The notes beneath the pieces are model-generated. The model was not told the DNA's origin. It worked only from the letters and a program-made list of their open reading frames with translations, and did not search any database. Shown one piece after another: positions 1 to 11,900 of a stretch of DNA of 64,000 nt. Source of the DNA: Candidatus Latescibacterota bacterium. Its GTDB lineage: Bacteria; Latescibacterota; UBA2968; UBA8231. How positions within the stretch are numbered: the first letter of the stretch is position 1; each line of letters begins with the position of its first letter. A program made the translations under genes and the position numbers. The DNA is taken from NCBI GenBank assembly GCA_965223905.1, contig CBDCXV010000001.1, forward strand, positions 512,001-576,000, read 5' to 3'.

Positions 1-847
<847 letters not shown>

Positions 848-865
848 TCAACGGGAACGAAGAAG

Positions 866-892
866 GTAGCACTCACAGGCCCGGAGTGCCAA
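866..892 (-). promoter_or_regulatory. CIRCE element (HrcA operator) upstream of groEL
   Basis: Minus strand reads TTGGCACTC-N9-GAGTGCTAC versus consensus TTAGCACTC-N9-GAGTGCTAA, about 75 bp upstream of the groEL start. Confidence 0.9.
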
Positions 893-921
893 TTCGGCAA
901 TGCGAGACTCTGAATATAAGG

Positions 922-1740
922 ATGGACGAGGAGCGTAGCAACCCGAATCTGCTGGTCTGCCCTGCCGGGACCATCCCCTACGACAGCGCCTGGCAATGGC
1001 AGAAAAGCCTGCGCGAACGCCGCCTTGCCGGCGAACTTCCCGACCTCCTCCTGCTGCTGGATCATCCGCCGAGCTACACCCTGGGTCGTTCGACAAGACC
1101 GGGCCATCTGGCCGCCGCCGAGGCCAGGGGGATATCGATACACAGGATCGAGCGCGGCGGCAGCATCACCTACCACGGCCCGGGACAGATCGTCGGCTAC
1201 CCGATCATCGACCTGCGCATGAGGGGGCGGGACATTCACCGCTTCATCCGCGAGCTGGAGGAGGTGCTGATCCGGACGCTGCTCGAGCTCCGGCTCGACG
1301 CCCGGAGGCGTTCCGGCTTGACCGGGGTCTGGGTTGAAGACGAGAAGATCGCCGCCATCGGGGTACATGTCCGCCACTGGATCACCATACATGGCTTTGC
1401 GTTGAATGTGACGACCGAGCTCGACCCCTTCCGCTGGATCCGGCCCTGCGGGCTCGACGTCGCCGTGACATCGGTCGCGCAGCTTCTGGGGGAAAGCGCT
1501 CCCGGCATCGGCGAGACCCGCGCCATCGTCAGACGCCAATTCGAAGCGGTGTTCGGATGCCGCAGCGAGCTGGTGGAGCCGGAATTGCTGGGGCTTTTGC
1601 CCGATGACCGGGGCGATTCCATCGCAGAGAGAGGTGCAGAGCTGGAGCCTGGGGGAACGGACACCGGCAAATTGCCGCTTTCACAGACAGCGGTTACCTT
1701 CGGAAGTTTTGGCGACCAAGTCGCCCGTACGAACGGATAG
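922..1740 (+). CDS. lipB: lipoyl(octanoyl) transferase
   Basis: Motifs LLLDHPPSYTLGR, ERGGSITYHGPGQIVGYP, KIAAIG, HGFALNV and IRPCG. Start reassigned to ATG at 922. Confidence 0.95.
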   Translation: MDEERSNPNLLVCPAGTIPYDSAWQWQKSLRERRLAGELPDLLLLLDHPPSYTLGRSTRPGHLAAAEARGISIHRIERGGSITYHGPGQIVGYPIIDLRMRGRDIHRFIRELEEVLIRTLLELRLDARRRSGLTGVWVEDEKIAAIGVHVRHWITIHGFALNVTTELDPFRWIRPCGLDVAVTSVAQLLGESAPGIGETRAIVRRQFEAVFGCRSELVEPELLGLLPDDRGDSIAERGAELEPGGTDTGKLPLSQTAVTFGSFGDQVARTNG

Positions 1741-1755
1741 CGACACGCATTCATC

Positions 1756-3012
1756 ATGACCGACTGGCGACCTATAGTACCAGGCCGGGGGCAACGGATC
1801 AGTTCCGGAAACGGCGGTCTCCAAGTTCCCGACAATCCCATAATTCCATTCATAGAGGGGGACGGCACCGGGCCCGACATATGGGCCGCGGCGATCAACG
1901 TCTTCGACGCGGCCGTCGGGAAGGCCTACGGTGGTCGCCGCGCCATCGCCTGGATGGAAGTGCTTGCCGGTCAGAAGGCGTTCGACACCACGGGGGACTG
2001 GCTGCCCGAGGCGACGGTCCAGGCATTCCGCGACTACCTCGTCGGCATCAAGGGGCCGCTGACCACGCCGGTCGGGGGCGGCATTCGCAGTCTCAACGTC
2101 GCCCTGAGGCAGATCCTCGACCTCTACGTCTGTCTGCGGCCGGTGCGGCATTTCGAGGGGGTCCCGTCCCCGGTGCGGCAGCCCGAGCTCGTCGACATGG
2201 CGATCTTCCGCGAGAACACCGAGGACATCTACGCCGGCATCGAGTTCCAATACGGCGACGCCGATACCTCCCGGTTCAGCGACCTGATGGGACAGCACTT
2301 CTCCGAGCGCTTCGCCAAGGTGCGCTTTCCGGGCACGGCCGCGTTCGGAATCAAGCCGGTGTCGCGGGAGGGCACGTCGCGGCTCGTGAAGGCGGCCATC
2401 GACTTCGCCATCGAACGCGGCCGCGACAGCGTTACCCTCGTGCACAAGGGCAACATCATGAAGTTCACCGAGGGCGCCTTCCGCGACTGGGGATACGAGG
2501 TGGCGAAGAAGGAGTACGGCGGCGCCGAGATCGACGGGGGACCGTGGGTTGCGCTGCAGGTCGACGGCGGCGAGATCGTCGTCAAGGACGTGATCGCCGA
2601 CGCATTTCTGCAGCAGATTCTCACGCGCCCGGCAGAGTACGCCGTCATCGCCACCCTCAATCTCAACGGGGACTACATCAGCGATGCCCTTGCCGCCTGC
2701 GTGGGCGGAATCGGCATAGCCCCCGGCGGCAACATCAACTACCAGTCCGGGCACGCCATTTTCGAGGCGACCCACGGCACCGCTCCCAAGTACGCCGGCC
2801 AGGACAAGGTGAACCCCGGCTCGGTGATCCTCTCGGGGGAGATGATGTTTCGCCACCTCGGCTGGAATGAAGCGGCCGACCTGATCATAGACGGTCTCGA
2901 GCGGACCATCGGCAGCAAGGTCGTGACCTACGACTTCGCACGCCTTATGGAGGGGGCTACCGAGGTGAGGTGCTCGGAATTCGGGTCCGCTATAGTCGGC
3001 AACATGGGGTAG
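1756..3012 (+). CDS. icd: NADP-dependent isocitrate dehydrogenase
   Basis: Motifs [52 protein letters not shown] and [12 protein letters not shown]. Confidence 0.98.
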   Translation: MTDWRPIVPGRGQRISSGNGGLQVPDNPIIPFIEGDGTGPDIWAAAINVFDAAVGKAYGGRRAIAWMEVLAGQKAFDTTGDWLPEATVQAFRDYLVGIKGPLTTPVGGGIRSLNVALRQILDLYVCLRPVRHFEGVPSPVRQPELVDMAIFRENTEDIYAGIEFQYGDADTSRFSDLMGQHFSERFAKVRFPGTAAFGIKPVSREGTSRLVKAAIDFAIERGRDSVTLVHKGNIMKFTEGAFRDWGYEVAKKEYGGAEIDGGPWVALQVDGGEIVVKDVIADAFLQQILTRPAEYAVIATLNLNGDYISDALAACVGGIGIAPGGNINYQSGHAIFEATHGTAPKYAGQDKVNPGSVILSGEMMFRHLGWNEAADLIIDGLERTIGSKVVTYDFARLMEGATEVRCSEFGSAIVGNMG

Positions 3013-3031
3013 CCCCCCACGATCCGGAAAC

Positions 3032-3523
3032 ATGGCGGATTCCAGGCTTACCCACGTCGACGAGGCGGGCCGCGTGCGCATGGTCGACGTCAGCGGCAAG
3101 GAGGTCACCGACCGCCTGGCGCGCGCCCGGGGCGAGATCCTCATGCAGGCGGACACGGTTCGCCTTATCACTGGCAACCGGATCGCCAAGGGGAACGTGA
3201 TCGAGACCGCCCGCCTTGCCGGTATCATGGCGGCCAAGCGAACCGCCGATCTGATCCCCCTCTGTCACCCGCTCAATCTCACCGCCATCGACCTGGAATT
3301 CGAGATCGCCGAGGATCGCGTCCGCGTGTCGGCGGAAGCGAGAATTTCCGCCAGGACCGGCGTCGAAATGGAGGCCCTGACCTCGGTGACCGCGGCCTTG
3401 CTGACGATCTACGACATGTGCAAGGCGGTTGATCGCGGGATGGTGCTGTCGGAGGTCAGGCTGGTGGAAAAACAGGGGGGAAGCCGGAGCTACCCGGGGT
3501 CGGGGACGAGCCCAGGGTCCTGA
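3032..3523 (+). CDS. moaC: cyclic pyranopterin monophosphate synthase MoaC
   Basis: Motifs LTHVD...RMVDVS, AGIMAAKRT, LIPLCHP, TGVEMEALT and TIYDMCKAVD. Confidence 0.97.
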   Translation: MADSRLTHVDEAGRVRMVDVSGKEVTDRLARARGEILMQADTVRLITGNRIAKGNVIETARLAGIMAAKRTADLIPLCHPLNLTAIDLEFEIAEDRVRVSAEARISARTGVEMEALTSVTAALLTIYDMCKAVDRGMVLSEVRLVEKQGGSRSYPGSGTSPGS

Positions 3524-3670
3524 GTCCCCGGAGTCCCTCGGGGCGCAGCGGCGTCCGGTAACGGAGCGCGTCCCTGCGGGCCCGCGCCTTGGAAGTACCC
3601 GCCGCCCGTGCTCGCTTCCAGGAATGGCGTTCGGCAATCAGCTACGGCCATGCCCGGCTCGCAGAGGCGC

Positions 3671-4588
3671 TCATTCCAGGAGGCCGGCGACCTTCAGCAG
3701 CACCGCCTTCTGGCTGTGGAGCCGGTTTTCCGCCTGGGAATAGATCAGCGAGCGGGGATCGTCGAGCAGCTCACCCTCGATCTCGTACCCCCGGTGCGCC
3801 GGCAGGCAGTGCATCACCCGCGTATCGAGGCCGCGCAGCAGCTCGCGGTTTACCTGGTACGGCTGGAACTCCGCGCTTCGCCGCTCCTTCTCCGTCGCGA
3901 ATGCGGGATCGACGAAGTACTCCATGTCGATCCAGGTGTCGGTGTAGATGATGTCGCTCCGTTCGACCGCGGCGCGCAGGTCGTCCGCGGTCCGGTAGGC
4001 ACCCAGGTTCCGCGCCTCCTGAAAGAGTTCCTCGTCCAGGGCCGCAGGGTTGGTCTCGGGGGCGACGACGGTGATCTCCATTCCGAGTTTCACCGCCGCA
4101 GCGATCAGCGAGTTGGTGACGTTGTTGTGGACCCCGGTGTAGGTCAGGCGGATCCCCTCGAGGCGGCCGAGAGATTCCTGGATGGTCTGCAGGTCGGCGA
4201 GGATCTGCATGGGGTGGTAGCGGTCGCAGCAGCCGTTCATCACCGGTACCACCGAGGTTTCGGCCGTCGTCAGCACGTCCTTGTGCAGCAGCAGGCGGGC
4301 GACGATGAAGTCGCAGTACGAGGACAGAACCCGCACCTCGTCGCTGAGCTCCGCAAGGCCGAAGTTCGTGGTCGTCCAGTCGAGGTAGACGGCCTGTCCG
4401 CCGAGTTGCATCATCCCTATTTCGCCGGAGCAGCGGGTACGCGTCGAGGTCTTCTGAAACAGCAGCGCCAGGGTCTTTCCGGCGAGGGCGGTGCGATGCC
4501 GGCTCGAATCCCGCCTGAGAGCCGCACCCTCCTCGACCACGGCCAGGATGTCCTGGCGGCTCCAGTCTTTCAGGGTTACCAGGTTCAC
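3671..4588 (-). CDS. argF: ornithine carbamoyltransferase (variant active-site loops)
   Basis: FQKTSTRT carbamoyl-phosphate motif, HPMQILAD, MHCLPAHRG and QAENRLH. Confidence 0.88.
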   Translation of the reverse strand: MNLVTLKDWSRQDILAVVEEGAALRRDSSRHRTALAGKTLALLFQKTSTRTRCSGEIGMMQLGGQAVYLDWTTTNFGLAELSDEVRVLSSYCDFIVARLLLHKDVLTTAETSVVPVMNGCCDRYHPMQILADLQTIQESLGRLEGIRLTYTGVHNNVTNSLIAAAVKLGMEITVVAPETNPAALDEELFQEARNLGAYRTADDLRAAVERSDIIYTDTWIDMEYFVDPAFATEKERRSAEFQPYQVNRELLRGLDTRVMHCLPAHRGYEIEGELLDDPRSLIYSQAENRLHSQKAVLLKVAGLLE

Positions 4589-5538
4589 GCCAGTGCCTTC
4601 TCGATTTCGCCGATAACCGCAGCAGTGACCGAAGCAAGATCCCCCCGGCGTCGGCAGCCGGCTGCGCGTTGGTGTCCGCCCCCGCCAAAAAGGGAGGCCA
4701 CGGCGCTGACATCGACCTCGCTCCGCGACCTCAAACTGACGCGGAAATATCCCGGTTTTTCTTCCTTGAGCAGGGCGGCCACTTCCACTCCCTTGATCAT
4801 CAGGCCGTAGTTGACCACTTCCTCCGGGTCTCCCCTGCGCATGTCGTCGTGGGAAAGGTTGAGGAGAGCGATGCGGCCTCCGGCCCGCAACGACAGCGAC
4901 TCGACCGCCTTGCCGAGCAGCTTTATCTCACCGAGCGAGCGGTTGTTGTAAAGGCGGTCGGCGACGTAGTCGAGGCGCGCTCCGCAGCGAATCAGATGCG
5001 CGGCGACATCGTGGCTGCGGGGGGTCGTCAGCGAATACCGGAAGCTCCCCGTGTCGAACAGAATCCCGGTGTACAGCTGTTCGGCCAGCGGCGCATCGAT
5101 CTTCGCATCCATTGCCGCGCACAGGTGAAAGAGCAGCTCGCACGTCGAGCTGACTTCCTCGGACACGAGGTTGGCAATGCCGAAATGCCTGTTTCCCCTG
5201 TGGTGGTCGACGTTGAGGATCGCCGTGTCCGTCCGCAGGAAGTCCTGGACGGAGCCGACGCGGTCCAGCGACGGACAATCGAGGACCACAGCGGCGTCGG
5301 GACCGTTGTGCTTCAGTCCGTCGGCCTGCTGAATTTCGTGGAATCCCGGCAGGAAATCGAATCTTCCGGGAACATCGTCGAGAATGACAGTTGCCGGCTT
5401 TCCCATCCGGGACAGGAGGTTGGCCATGGCCAGGCAGCTGCCGATCGAATCGCCGTCTCCGTTGACGTGGGAGGTCACGACGAAGGTGCTGGCGCCTCCG
5501 AGGAATGAGACCGCGGCGTCGAAGTCGGGAAGGCTCAC
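4585..5538 (-). CDS. nrnA: DHH/DHHA1 bifunctional oligoribonuclease/PAP phosphatase
   Basis: Motifs SHVNGDGDSIGS, NVDHH, DTGSF, RVSLRS and FGGGGHQRAAG. GTG start at 5538 is inferred. Confidence 0.92.
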   Translation of the reverse strand: MSLPDFDAAVSFLGGASTFVVTSHVNGDGDSIGSCLAMANLLSRMGKPATVILDDVPGRFDFLPGFHEIQQADGLKHNGPDAAVVLDCPSLDRVGSVQDFLRTDTAILNVDHHRGNRHFGIANLVSEEVSSTCELLFHLCAAMDAKIDAPLAEQLYTGILFDTGSFRYSLTTPRSHDVAAHLIRCGARLDYVADRLYNNRSLGEIKLLGKAVESLSLRAGGRIALLNLSHDDMRRGDPEEVVNYGLMIKGVEVAALLKEEKPGYFRVSLRSRSEVDVSAVASLFGGGGHQRAAGCRRRGDLASVTAAVIGEIEKALA

Positions 5539-5552
5539 TGAAAAGCGTCCGC

Positions 5553-6359
5553 TCAGGGGGGAAGCCGGAGGACGAAGTGGACCCGGTCGGAACGGTCCGA
5601 CCCGGGGTGCATGCAAAAGCCGTCGAAGGCACCCAGGACCTCTAACGGGCTGGCGGCGATCATGTCGGTCATTTCGTCGAACTCGTAGATCCGCTGTTCG
5701 TGTGATTCGCACACGCGGCGGTCTTCGTAGCCGATGTCGAAAGAATTGTACTGTATGCGGCGGTCTGCGTTGTAATAGCTGTGCCGCGTGTAGACGAAGC
5801 CCGGCCCCTCCTCTGCGTCGAGCACATCCCGGAAATGGTCGAGGGAGTTGCGCTCGGTGCAGATGTCGAACACGAAGACCCCCTCGGGCTTCAGCAGGCC
5901 CGCAACCGATTCCAGCGCCGCGCCTACATCCTCGGTGGTCATCAGGTAATTGAAGCTGTCATACAGGCAGGTCGCGGCATCGAACGGCCCGAGCCCTCCG
6001 AGGCTGCGCAGGTCTCCTGTCGAAAAAGGAACCGCAGATGCAATGCTCGCCGCCTTTCCCTGAGCCGCTGCGACCATCGCAGCCGAAGCGTCGACGCCCG
6101 AAACATCGTAGCCCAGCTTGCTGAACTCCAGGGTGGCGTTGCCAGTGCCGCAGGCGAGATCGACGAGGGTTTCCGGGCCCTTTCCGAATTTCCTCAAGAG
6201 GGTGTCGACGTAGCTCGTCCAGGAGACGTAGTCCACGTGCCTCATCACGAAATCGTATATGGCGGCCAGCCCTTCGTAGGGGGGTCCCTGCGGCGGAGCG
6301 CCGTCGTCGGGCCCGGCTCGCGACACCGAAAACGGAGAGCTCTCGGGCACGGCGTTCAC
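5553..6359 (-). CDS. class I SAM-dependent methyltransferase
   Basis: LVDLACGTG motif I, GVDAS, and FDAATCLYDSFNY. Confidence 0.9.
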   Translation of the reverse strand: MNAVPESSPFSVSRAGPDDGAPPQGPPYEGLAAIYDFVMRHVDYVSWTSYVDTLLRKFGKGPETLVDLACGTGNATLEFSKLGYDVSGVDASAAMVAAAQGKAASIASAVPFSTGDLRSLGGLGPFDAATCLYDSFNYLMTTEDVGAALESVAGLLKPEGVFVFDICTERNSLDHFRDVLDAEEGPGFVYTRHSYYNADRRIQYNSFDIGYEDRRVCESHEQRIYEFDEMTDMIAASPLEVLGAFDGFCMHPGSDRSDRVHFVLRLPP

Positions 6360-6482
6360 GGGCGTCTTCCCTGAATCACAATTCGGCGGTGGGGACGCAC
6401 CGGCGAAGACAAGCGGCTGGGAGTACCGGGCTGTTGACAGGGGATTGCCTGGCGAAGGTTCGTTGCGACGAGAAACCCTTCT

Positions 6483-6788
6483 TCATGGGAGCGGCTCATC
6501 GTCGTCGAAACTCAGGATCTCATCCCGCCTGCGGCGCTCGCTGTGCAGCACGCGGACGAAATTCAAGCGCTGTTTTTTCGGCACCGGTCTGGATGGGATC
6601 TCGAGGATCTCGGCCTCAAGGTGCGCATCCTCCAGGTCTAGAATCAGCACCTCACCGACCCTGGGCTCGCGCGCCGGCTTGGCGGCGGTTCCGGCGATGG
6701 TGACTCGGCCCTCCTCGCACGCCCGCTTGGCATCGCGGCGCCGTGCGAACAGGCCGGTGTTCTTGAGATAGGCGTCCAGCCGCGGCAT
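6483..6788 (-). CDS. S4-domain RNA-binding protein (Hsp15/YabO-like)
   Basis: RLDAYLKNTGLFARRRDAKRACEEGRV...AKPARE..VGE is an S4 signature. Confidence 0.88.
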   Translation of the reverse strand: MPRLDAYLKNTGLFARRRDAKRACEEGRVTIAGTAAKPAREPRVGEVLILDLEDAHLEAEILEIPSRPVPKKQRLNFVRVLHSERRRRDEILSFDDDEPLP

Positions 6789-6797
6789 GCCGGCAGT

Positions 6798-8144
6798 TCA
6801 ACCACGCCCCCCATCCGCGCCCGAAGCCGAATCGCTCCCGGCTTCGCGAGGGTTCCAGAGAAACTGTTCTTCATCGAGGCGGTTTTCCACGTGTATTTCC
6901 TTCTTGAAATCCTCGATCATCTCGACCATGAGCTCGTTCATGCGCACTTCCCGGACCAGCCCCTCGAGGGTCGGGTGATCGTCGTTGATCTTGAGGATGT
7001 GACCGTCCGACTCGAGCAGGAAGGGCTGCGATATCTCCCCGAGCCTGAGATGCCCGATGTGGGGCTGCAGAAACGGTGGAATCTGCCGTGAGTCCAGGAT
7101 CTGCCAGAGGCCGCCGGCTCTCGCGCTTTGCGGGTCTTCGGAGTATTCCTTGGCCAGCTGGGCGAAATCTTCTCCCGTCATTGCGCGCTCCCGCAGCTCC
7201 GTAAGGCGGGTCACGGCGCGTACGCGGTCGTCGGCGGTGATGCGGGAGAGCACGAGGATGTGACTGGCGCACAGCTCGTCTTCCCGCTTCTCGTGAAGGC
7301 GGATGAGGTGGAATCCGTGCCTGGTGCGCACCGGGTGCGATATCTCCTCCGGCTTGAGCTCGAGGGCCGCCATTTCGAACTCCGGCATCAGCATGCCGAG
7401 CTCGAAGCAGCCGAGATCCCCTCCCGAGGCGGCCGTGCCAGGGTCTTCGGAATAGATCCTGGCCAACTCCGCAAAGTCACCCCCCGCCTGGATCTCCTCC
7501 TCAATGCGGGCGATCCTGGCCATCGACGCGGTGAGGATCTCCTGGGAGGGGCTCACCTTGATGTTGATCTGGCTGATGGAAATCTTGGACGGCAGGGAAT
7601 CGGCGTGGGCCTTTCGGAACTGCTCGACGTCCCCCCGGGTGATGAAAGTCCGGTAGGCGAGCTGCCCGAGCATCTGTTCGTAGAGCATGCGGTTCTGGAT
7701 CTGTTTGCGATAGCGCGTCTTCAGCTGGCGCTCGCTGATCCCGGTGCGCTCCAGCATGTCCTCGAACTCGGCCGGATCGATGCTGTCCTTGATGCGGCCC
7801 AACTCGGCGTTGAGCAGCTCGTCGACGCGTGAGTAGTCGATCTCGAGGCTGTCCTTCCTCGCCTTGAGGACTACTACCTGCTCGTCGATCATCTCGTTCA
7901 GGGTGCGTTCGCGGCGCCTGTCGATCTCCTCCGGACCGAGATAGGTCAACCCCTGCTGTTGCAACTCGAGGCTCAGCCTGAGATTCAGCTCCGACCACAG
8001 AATCACCTGGTCGTCGACTACGGCGACGATGCGGTCCAGCAGCTCCGGATAGGCGTCCGCCGGCCTCGGGCTCGGCAGGGGATGGACCAGAAATGCGGCC
8101 ACCGCGGCCGCGACTGGCAGTTTTTTTCGAAGGGATGCACTCAT
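6798..8144 (-). CDS. surA: SurA-like periplasmic chaperone/peptidyl-prolyl isomerase
   Basis: Signal peptide, then LDRIVAVVDDQVILWSEL (SurA N-domain) and two parvulin domains (FAELARIYSEDPG...GGDLG; FAQLAKEYSEDP). Start set at ATG 8144. Confidence 0.9.
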   Translation of the reverse strand: MSASLRKKLPVAAAVAAFLVHPLPSPRPADAYPELLDRIVAVVDDQVILWSELNLRLSLELQQQGLTYLGPEEIDRRRERTLNEMIDEQVVVLKARKDSLEIDYSRVDELLNAELGRIKDSIDPAEFEDMLERTGISERQLKTRYRKQIQNRMLYEQMLGQLAYRTFITRGDVEQFRKAHADSLPSKISISQINIKVSPSQEILTASMARIARIEEEIQAGGDFAELARIYSEDPGTAASGGDLGCFELGMLMPEFEMAALELKPEEISHPVRTRHGFHLIRLHEKREDELCASHILVLSRITADDRVRAVTRLTELRERAMTGEDFAQLAKEYSEDPQSARAGGLWQILDSRQIPPFLQPHIGHLRLGEISQPFLLESDGHILKINDDHPTLEGLVREVRMNELMVEMIEDFKKEIHVENRLDEEQFLWNPREAGSDSASGADGGRG

Positions 8145-8182
8145 TTGTTCATTCGCAAGCAGTCGGTTTGAAGCGGTGATTT

Positions 8183-8998
8183 TCAGTTTGTGGAGATTTC
8201 CCAGGAGCGCCGGGCCTTCAGCGTTTCGACAAGCCCATCGAGGCGCCGCCGGTGCTCTTCGAAAACGATCCTGCCGACGATCTCGGAGCGAACCTGTTCC
8301 AGCGCCATCGCGCTCCCGGCCGGCTCGTGGGCCAGGACGCGGACGAGGTGGTAACCGCGCTCTGCAGGGACCGGACTCGACACCTCGCCAGGCGCCAGGT
8401 TCCGGCAGGTTTCCCACAGCTCCGGCAGGTCGTCGGCGGTGAAGTAGCCCAGATCGCCTCCGCCCATTTTTGTTTCCTGGTCCAGGGAGTACTCCTCTGC
8501 AGCCTGTTCGAAAGTATAGCCCTCCAACAGTTCCCGCCGCAGAGCCTCGGCGTCGCCACGGGTGGAGAGCAGAATGTGCTGCGCCCGGGTCTCCGCCCGG
8601 GTTCGCAGGAAGTCGTTCTGGTGGTCGCGGTAGTATTGGGTCACAGCTTCATCGCCGACATCGACGGGGCGATTCGCCAACACGCTGTCGAGGAATGAGG
8701 CTACCACCAAGTCGCGGCGAGCCTGTGCGATCAGTCGCTGCACGTGGGCTTTCTCGTGCACCTTGAGATCGAGCGCTTCCCGGTAAATCAACTCCTGCCC
8801 GACCCAGTCCTCGATGAATTGACTGCGCTCGACCGCCGCCAGTTCCTCGTCGAGCTGATCTGGGAGCTGGTCGGCGAGCTCGGCCTCGGTGAGAACCGCG
8901 TCGTCGACGCGGGCAGCGATTTCAGATGCGTCTCGCTGTGGCCCGCAGCCTGTGAGCAGCGCCGCCGATATCGAGAACGCGGCCTGAAACCTTGTCAC
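8183..8998 (-). CDS. PpiC/PrsA-type peptidyl-prolyl isomerase lipoprotein
   Basis: Lipobox LLTGC; motifs RAQHILL, FEQAAEEYS, GGDLGYF and GYHLVRV. Confidence 0.88.
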   Translation of the reverse strand: MTRFQAAFSISAALLTGCGPQRDASEIAARVDDAVLTEAELADQLPDQLDEELAAVERSQFIEDWVGQELIYREALDLKVHEKAHVQRLIAQARRDLVVASFLDSVLANRPVDVGDEAVTQYYRDHQNDFLRTRAETRAQHILLSTRGDAEALRRELLEGYTFEQAAEEYSLDQETKMGGGDLGYFTADDLPELWETCRNLAPGEVSSPVPAERGYHLVRVLAHEPAGSAMALEQVRSEIVGRIVFEEHRRRLDGLVETLKARRSWEISTN

Positions 8999-11900
8999 AC
9001 CAGCTCCTGCATCACGCGTTTTGCCTTTTCCAGGCGTTCCTGTTCATCGCCGGCGCGCAGAAAGGTCTCGATCGTAAGCCGCTCGGCGACGTCGAACTCG
9101 AGCTCGGACGAGTTCTTCTCGACCAGGCGCTGAATATCGGATGGGGTGATCTGCACCTCTTCCGGGAAAACCAGGCGGAATCTCGATCTCTCCAGTTGCA
9201 CCCCCGCCAGGCGCAGCTGCCGCGCCAACACCTTGATTTCCATGATGTTCATCAGCGACCGGGCCTGCCAGGGCAGGCGCCCGAAGCGATCCTCCAGCTC
9301 TTCCTGGATCGCGAGCAGGTCGACGACGCGCCGGGCGTCCGCCAGCCGCTGGTAGAAGCCGATCTTGAGATCGGCGTCGGATATGTAGTCCTCGGGGATG
9401 TAGGCGGTGGCGGCGATCCTGATGTCGGGCTCGACCTCCGGCTCCACTTCTTCACCCTTCAGCTCGCGCACCGCTTCGTCGAGCAGGCGGCAGTAGAGGT
9501 CGAAGCCGACTGCGTGAATGAAGCCGTGCTGCTGCGCCCCCAGGAGGTTGCCGGCGCCGCGGATCTCCATGTCGCGCATGGCGATGTTGAATCCGGAGCC
9601 GAGGTCGGCGAATTCCTCGATGGCGCGCAGGCGCAGTCGGGACTTGCGCGTCAGGCGTTTGCCCTTGGGAACCATCAGGTAGGCGTAGGCGCGCTCTTTC
9701 GAGCGGCCGACCCGGCCGCGGATCTGGTACAGCTGGCCCAGGCCAAGCATGTCGGCGCGGTTGACCAGAACCGTGTTGACCGTGGGGATGTCGATCCCGG
9801 ACTCGATGATCATGGTGGTTACCAGGCAGTCGTATTTCCGCTCGAGAAAATCGAACATGATCTTCTCGAGCTGCCGCGAGCCCATCTGTCCGTGGGCGAC
9901 GCCGAAACGGACGGCGGGCAACAGATCCTCCAGGTACTCGGCCAGCCGCTGAATCGACTGTACGCGGTTGTGAACGAAATAGACCTGCCCGCCGCGGGTG
10001 ATCTCGTGGCTGATCGCTGCGGCGATGCGGTCCTCGTCGAAGGAGAGGATTTCGGTGTGGATCGGCAGTCTGTCCTGAGGCGGCGTGTTGATTACCGACA
10101 TGTCCCTGGAGCCCATCAGGGACATGTGCAGGGTGCGCGGAATCGGGGTGGCGGTCAGGGTCATCACGTCGATCAGGCGCTTGAACTGCTTCAGCTTTTC
10201 CTTGTGCCTGACGCCGAAGCGCTGCTCTTCGTCGACGACCAGCATGCCCAGGTCCCGGAATTCGACGTCCTTCGACAAAATCCGGTGGGTGCCGATCAGG
10301 ATGTCGACTTTGCCATCCTTGACATCCCTGGCGATCCGTTTCAGTTCCGTGGCGGTGCGGAACCGGCTCATGACCTCGATGCGGGCTGCGGTCTGCGACA
10401 TCCGCTCCGAGAAAGTCAGGAAGTGCTGCTGCGCCAGGATCGTCGTCGGCACGAGAACCGCTACCTGCTTGCCGTCGCACACCGCCTTGTACGCGGCGCG
10501 CACGGCGACTTCCGTCTTTCCGTAGCCGACGTCCCCGCACACCAGCCGGTCCATCGGGTGGGACGCCTCCATGTCGCTCTTGACTTCCTCCACCGCGCGC
10601 AGCTGGTCGGGTGTTTCCTGGTATGGAAACGAGGCTTCCAGCTCCCGCTGCATCGAGGAGTCGGCAGCGTAGCCGAAACCCGCCTGCGTCTGGCGCTCCG
10701 CGTAGAGCTGGATCAGCTCGCGAGCCATCTTGAAGATCTCTTCCCGGGTGCGCTCCTTGAGCTTCTCCCAGGCGTTTCCGCCGAGCTTGTTGAGCAGCGG
10801 CGGTTCCCCTTCCGCGCCGGAGTACTTCCGCAGCCGGTCGAGCTGCTCCACCGGGACGAACAGCTTGTCTTCCCCCTGGTAGACGACCTCAAGGCAGTCG
10901 TGGTCGCGTCCGCTCAGCGTCAGCCTGCGAATGCCGCGGTAGCGCCCGACGCCGTGGTCGACGTGAACGACGAAGTCGCCGACTGAAAGCGCATCGCGGG
11001 AGGAGATCGGTTTGGCCGCCTTGAAGCGCCGGTAGCGGTAACGCTGCTTGCGGCGGCTGAAGATCTCGTGATCGTTGAGCACCGCGACGCGCGCTTCCGG
11101 GAAGACGAAGCCGCGATGCAGCGTTCCCAGGCCGAATGACAGCTTTTCCGAGCCGTCTGCCAGGATCTCCTCCAGCCTGCTCGACTGGCCCTGCGTTTCG
11201 GTGAGGAGGTGGATCTCGTATCCCTCGCCATCGAGGGTCTCCAGCTCTTTCCGCAGCACGGGGAGCTCGCCCTGTACGGCGCGAGGCTCGCGGCTCTCGA
11301 AGCGGACGGCGCTCCCGGAGGACCCTACCGGCGCCTGCGCCAGCCGGCTCTCCGCGGAGATGCGCTGGCGCAGCCAGTCGGCATCCCGCACCAGCGCCGG
11401 GGGCGGCAGTCGGTCGCCGCGGTCGCGGTGTTTTTCGTAGTCGGCAACCGAGGTCCTGAGCGCCTTGGCGATCTCGGGCTCGAACTCCTCGGCCTCGTCG
11501 CAGAAAAGGACCGGGTCGTGGAGGTATTCGAAGAGGCCGTTGTCGCGGCCGTAGAGGAGGGACATGAAGGTCTCGATTCCTTCCAGGGAGCCGCCGAGCT
11601 CGAGCTGGTCTTTCAGGTAGTCGAGGCCGACCTCGTGGTCCCGTTCCGCCTCCTCGATGGCGCCGGCGTATTGCTCGAACAGTGGAGGATGAAGCAGCAG
11701 CTCGGCCGCCGGCAGCACGTTCACCTCCTCCATCGCGCTCAGCGAGCGCTGGGTAGCGACGTCGAACTGGCGGATGGACTCGATTTCGTCGCCGAAGAAC
11801 TCGAGGCGCAGGGGGTGTTCGAGGGCGAACGGGAAGACGTCGACGATACCGCCCCTGACGCTGAACTGCCCGACTCCGTCGACCATCGGGACGCGCTCGA

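Noticed and set aside
8992-10986. Long antisense or alternate-frame ORFs (also 1681..3237, 35385..36839, 37917..39434, 48087..49898, 54838..56160, 56165..58198)
   Set aside because: They overlap well-supported genes, have no motifs, and are expected in GC-rich DNA where stop codons are scarce.
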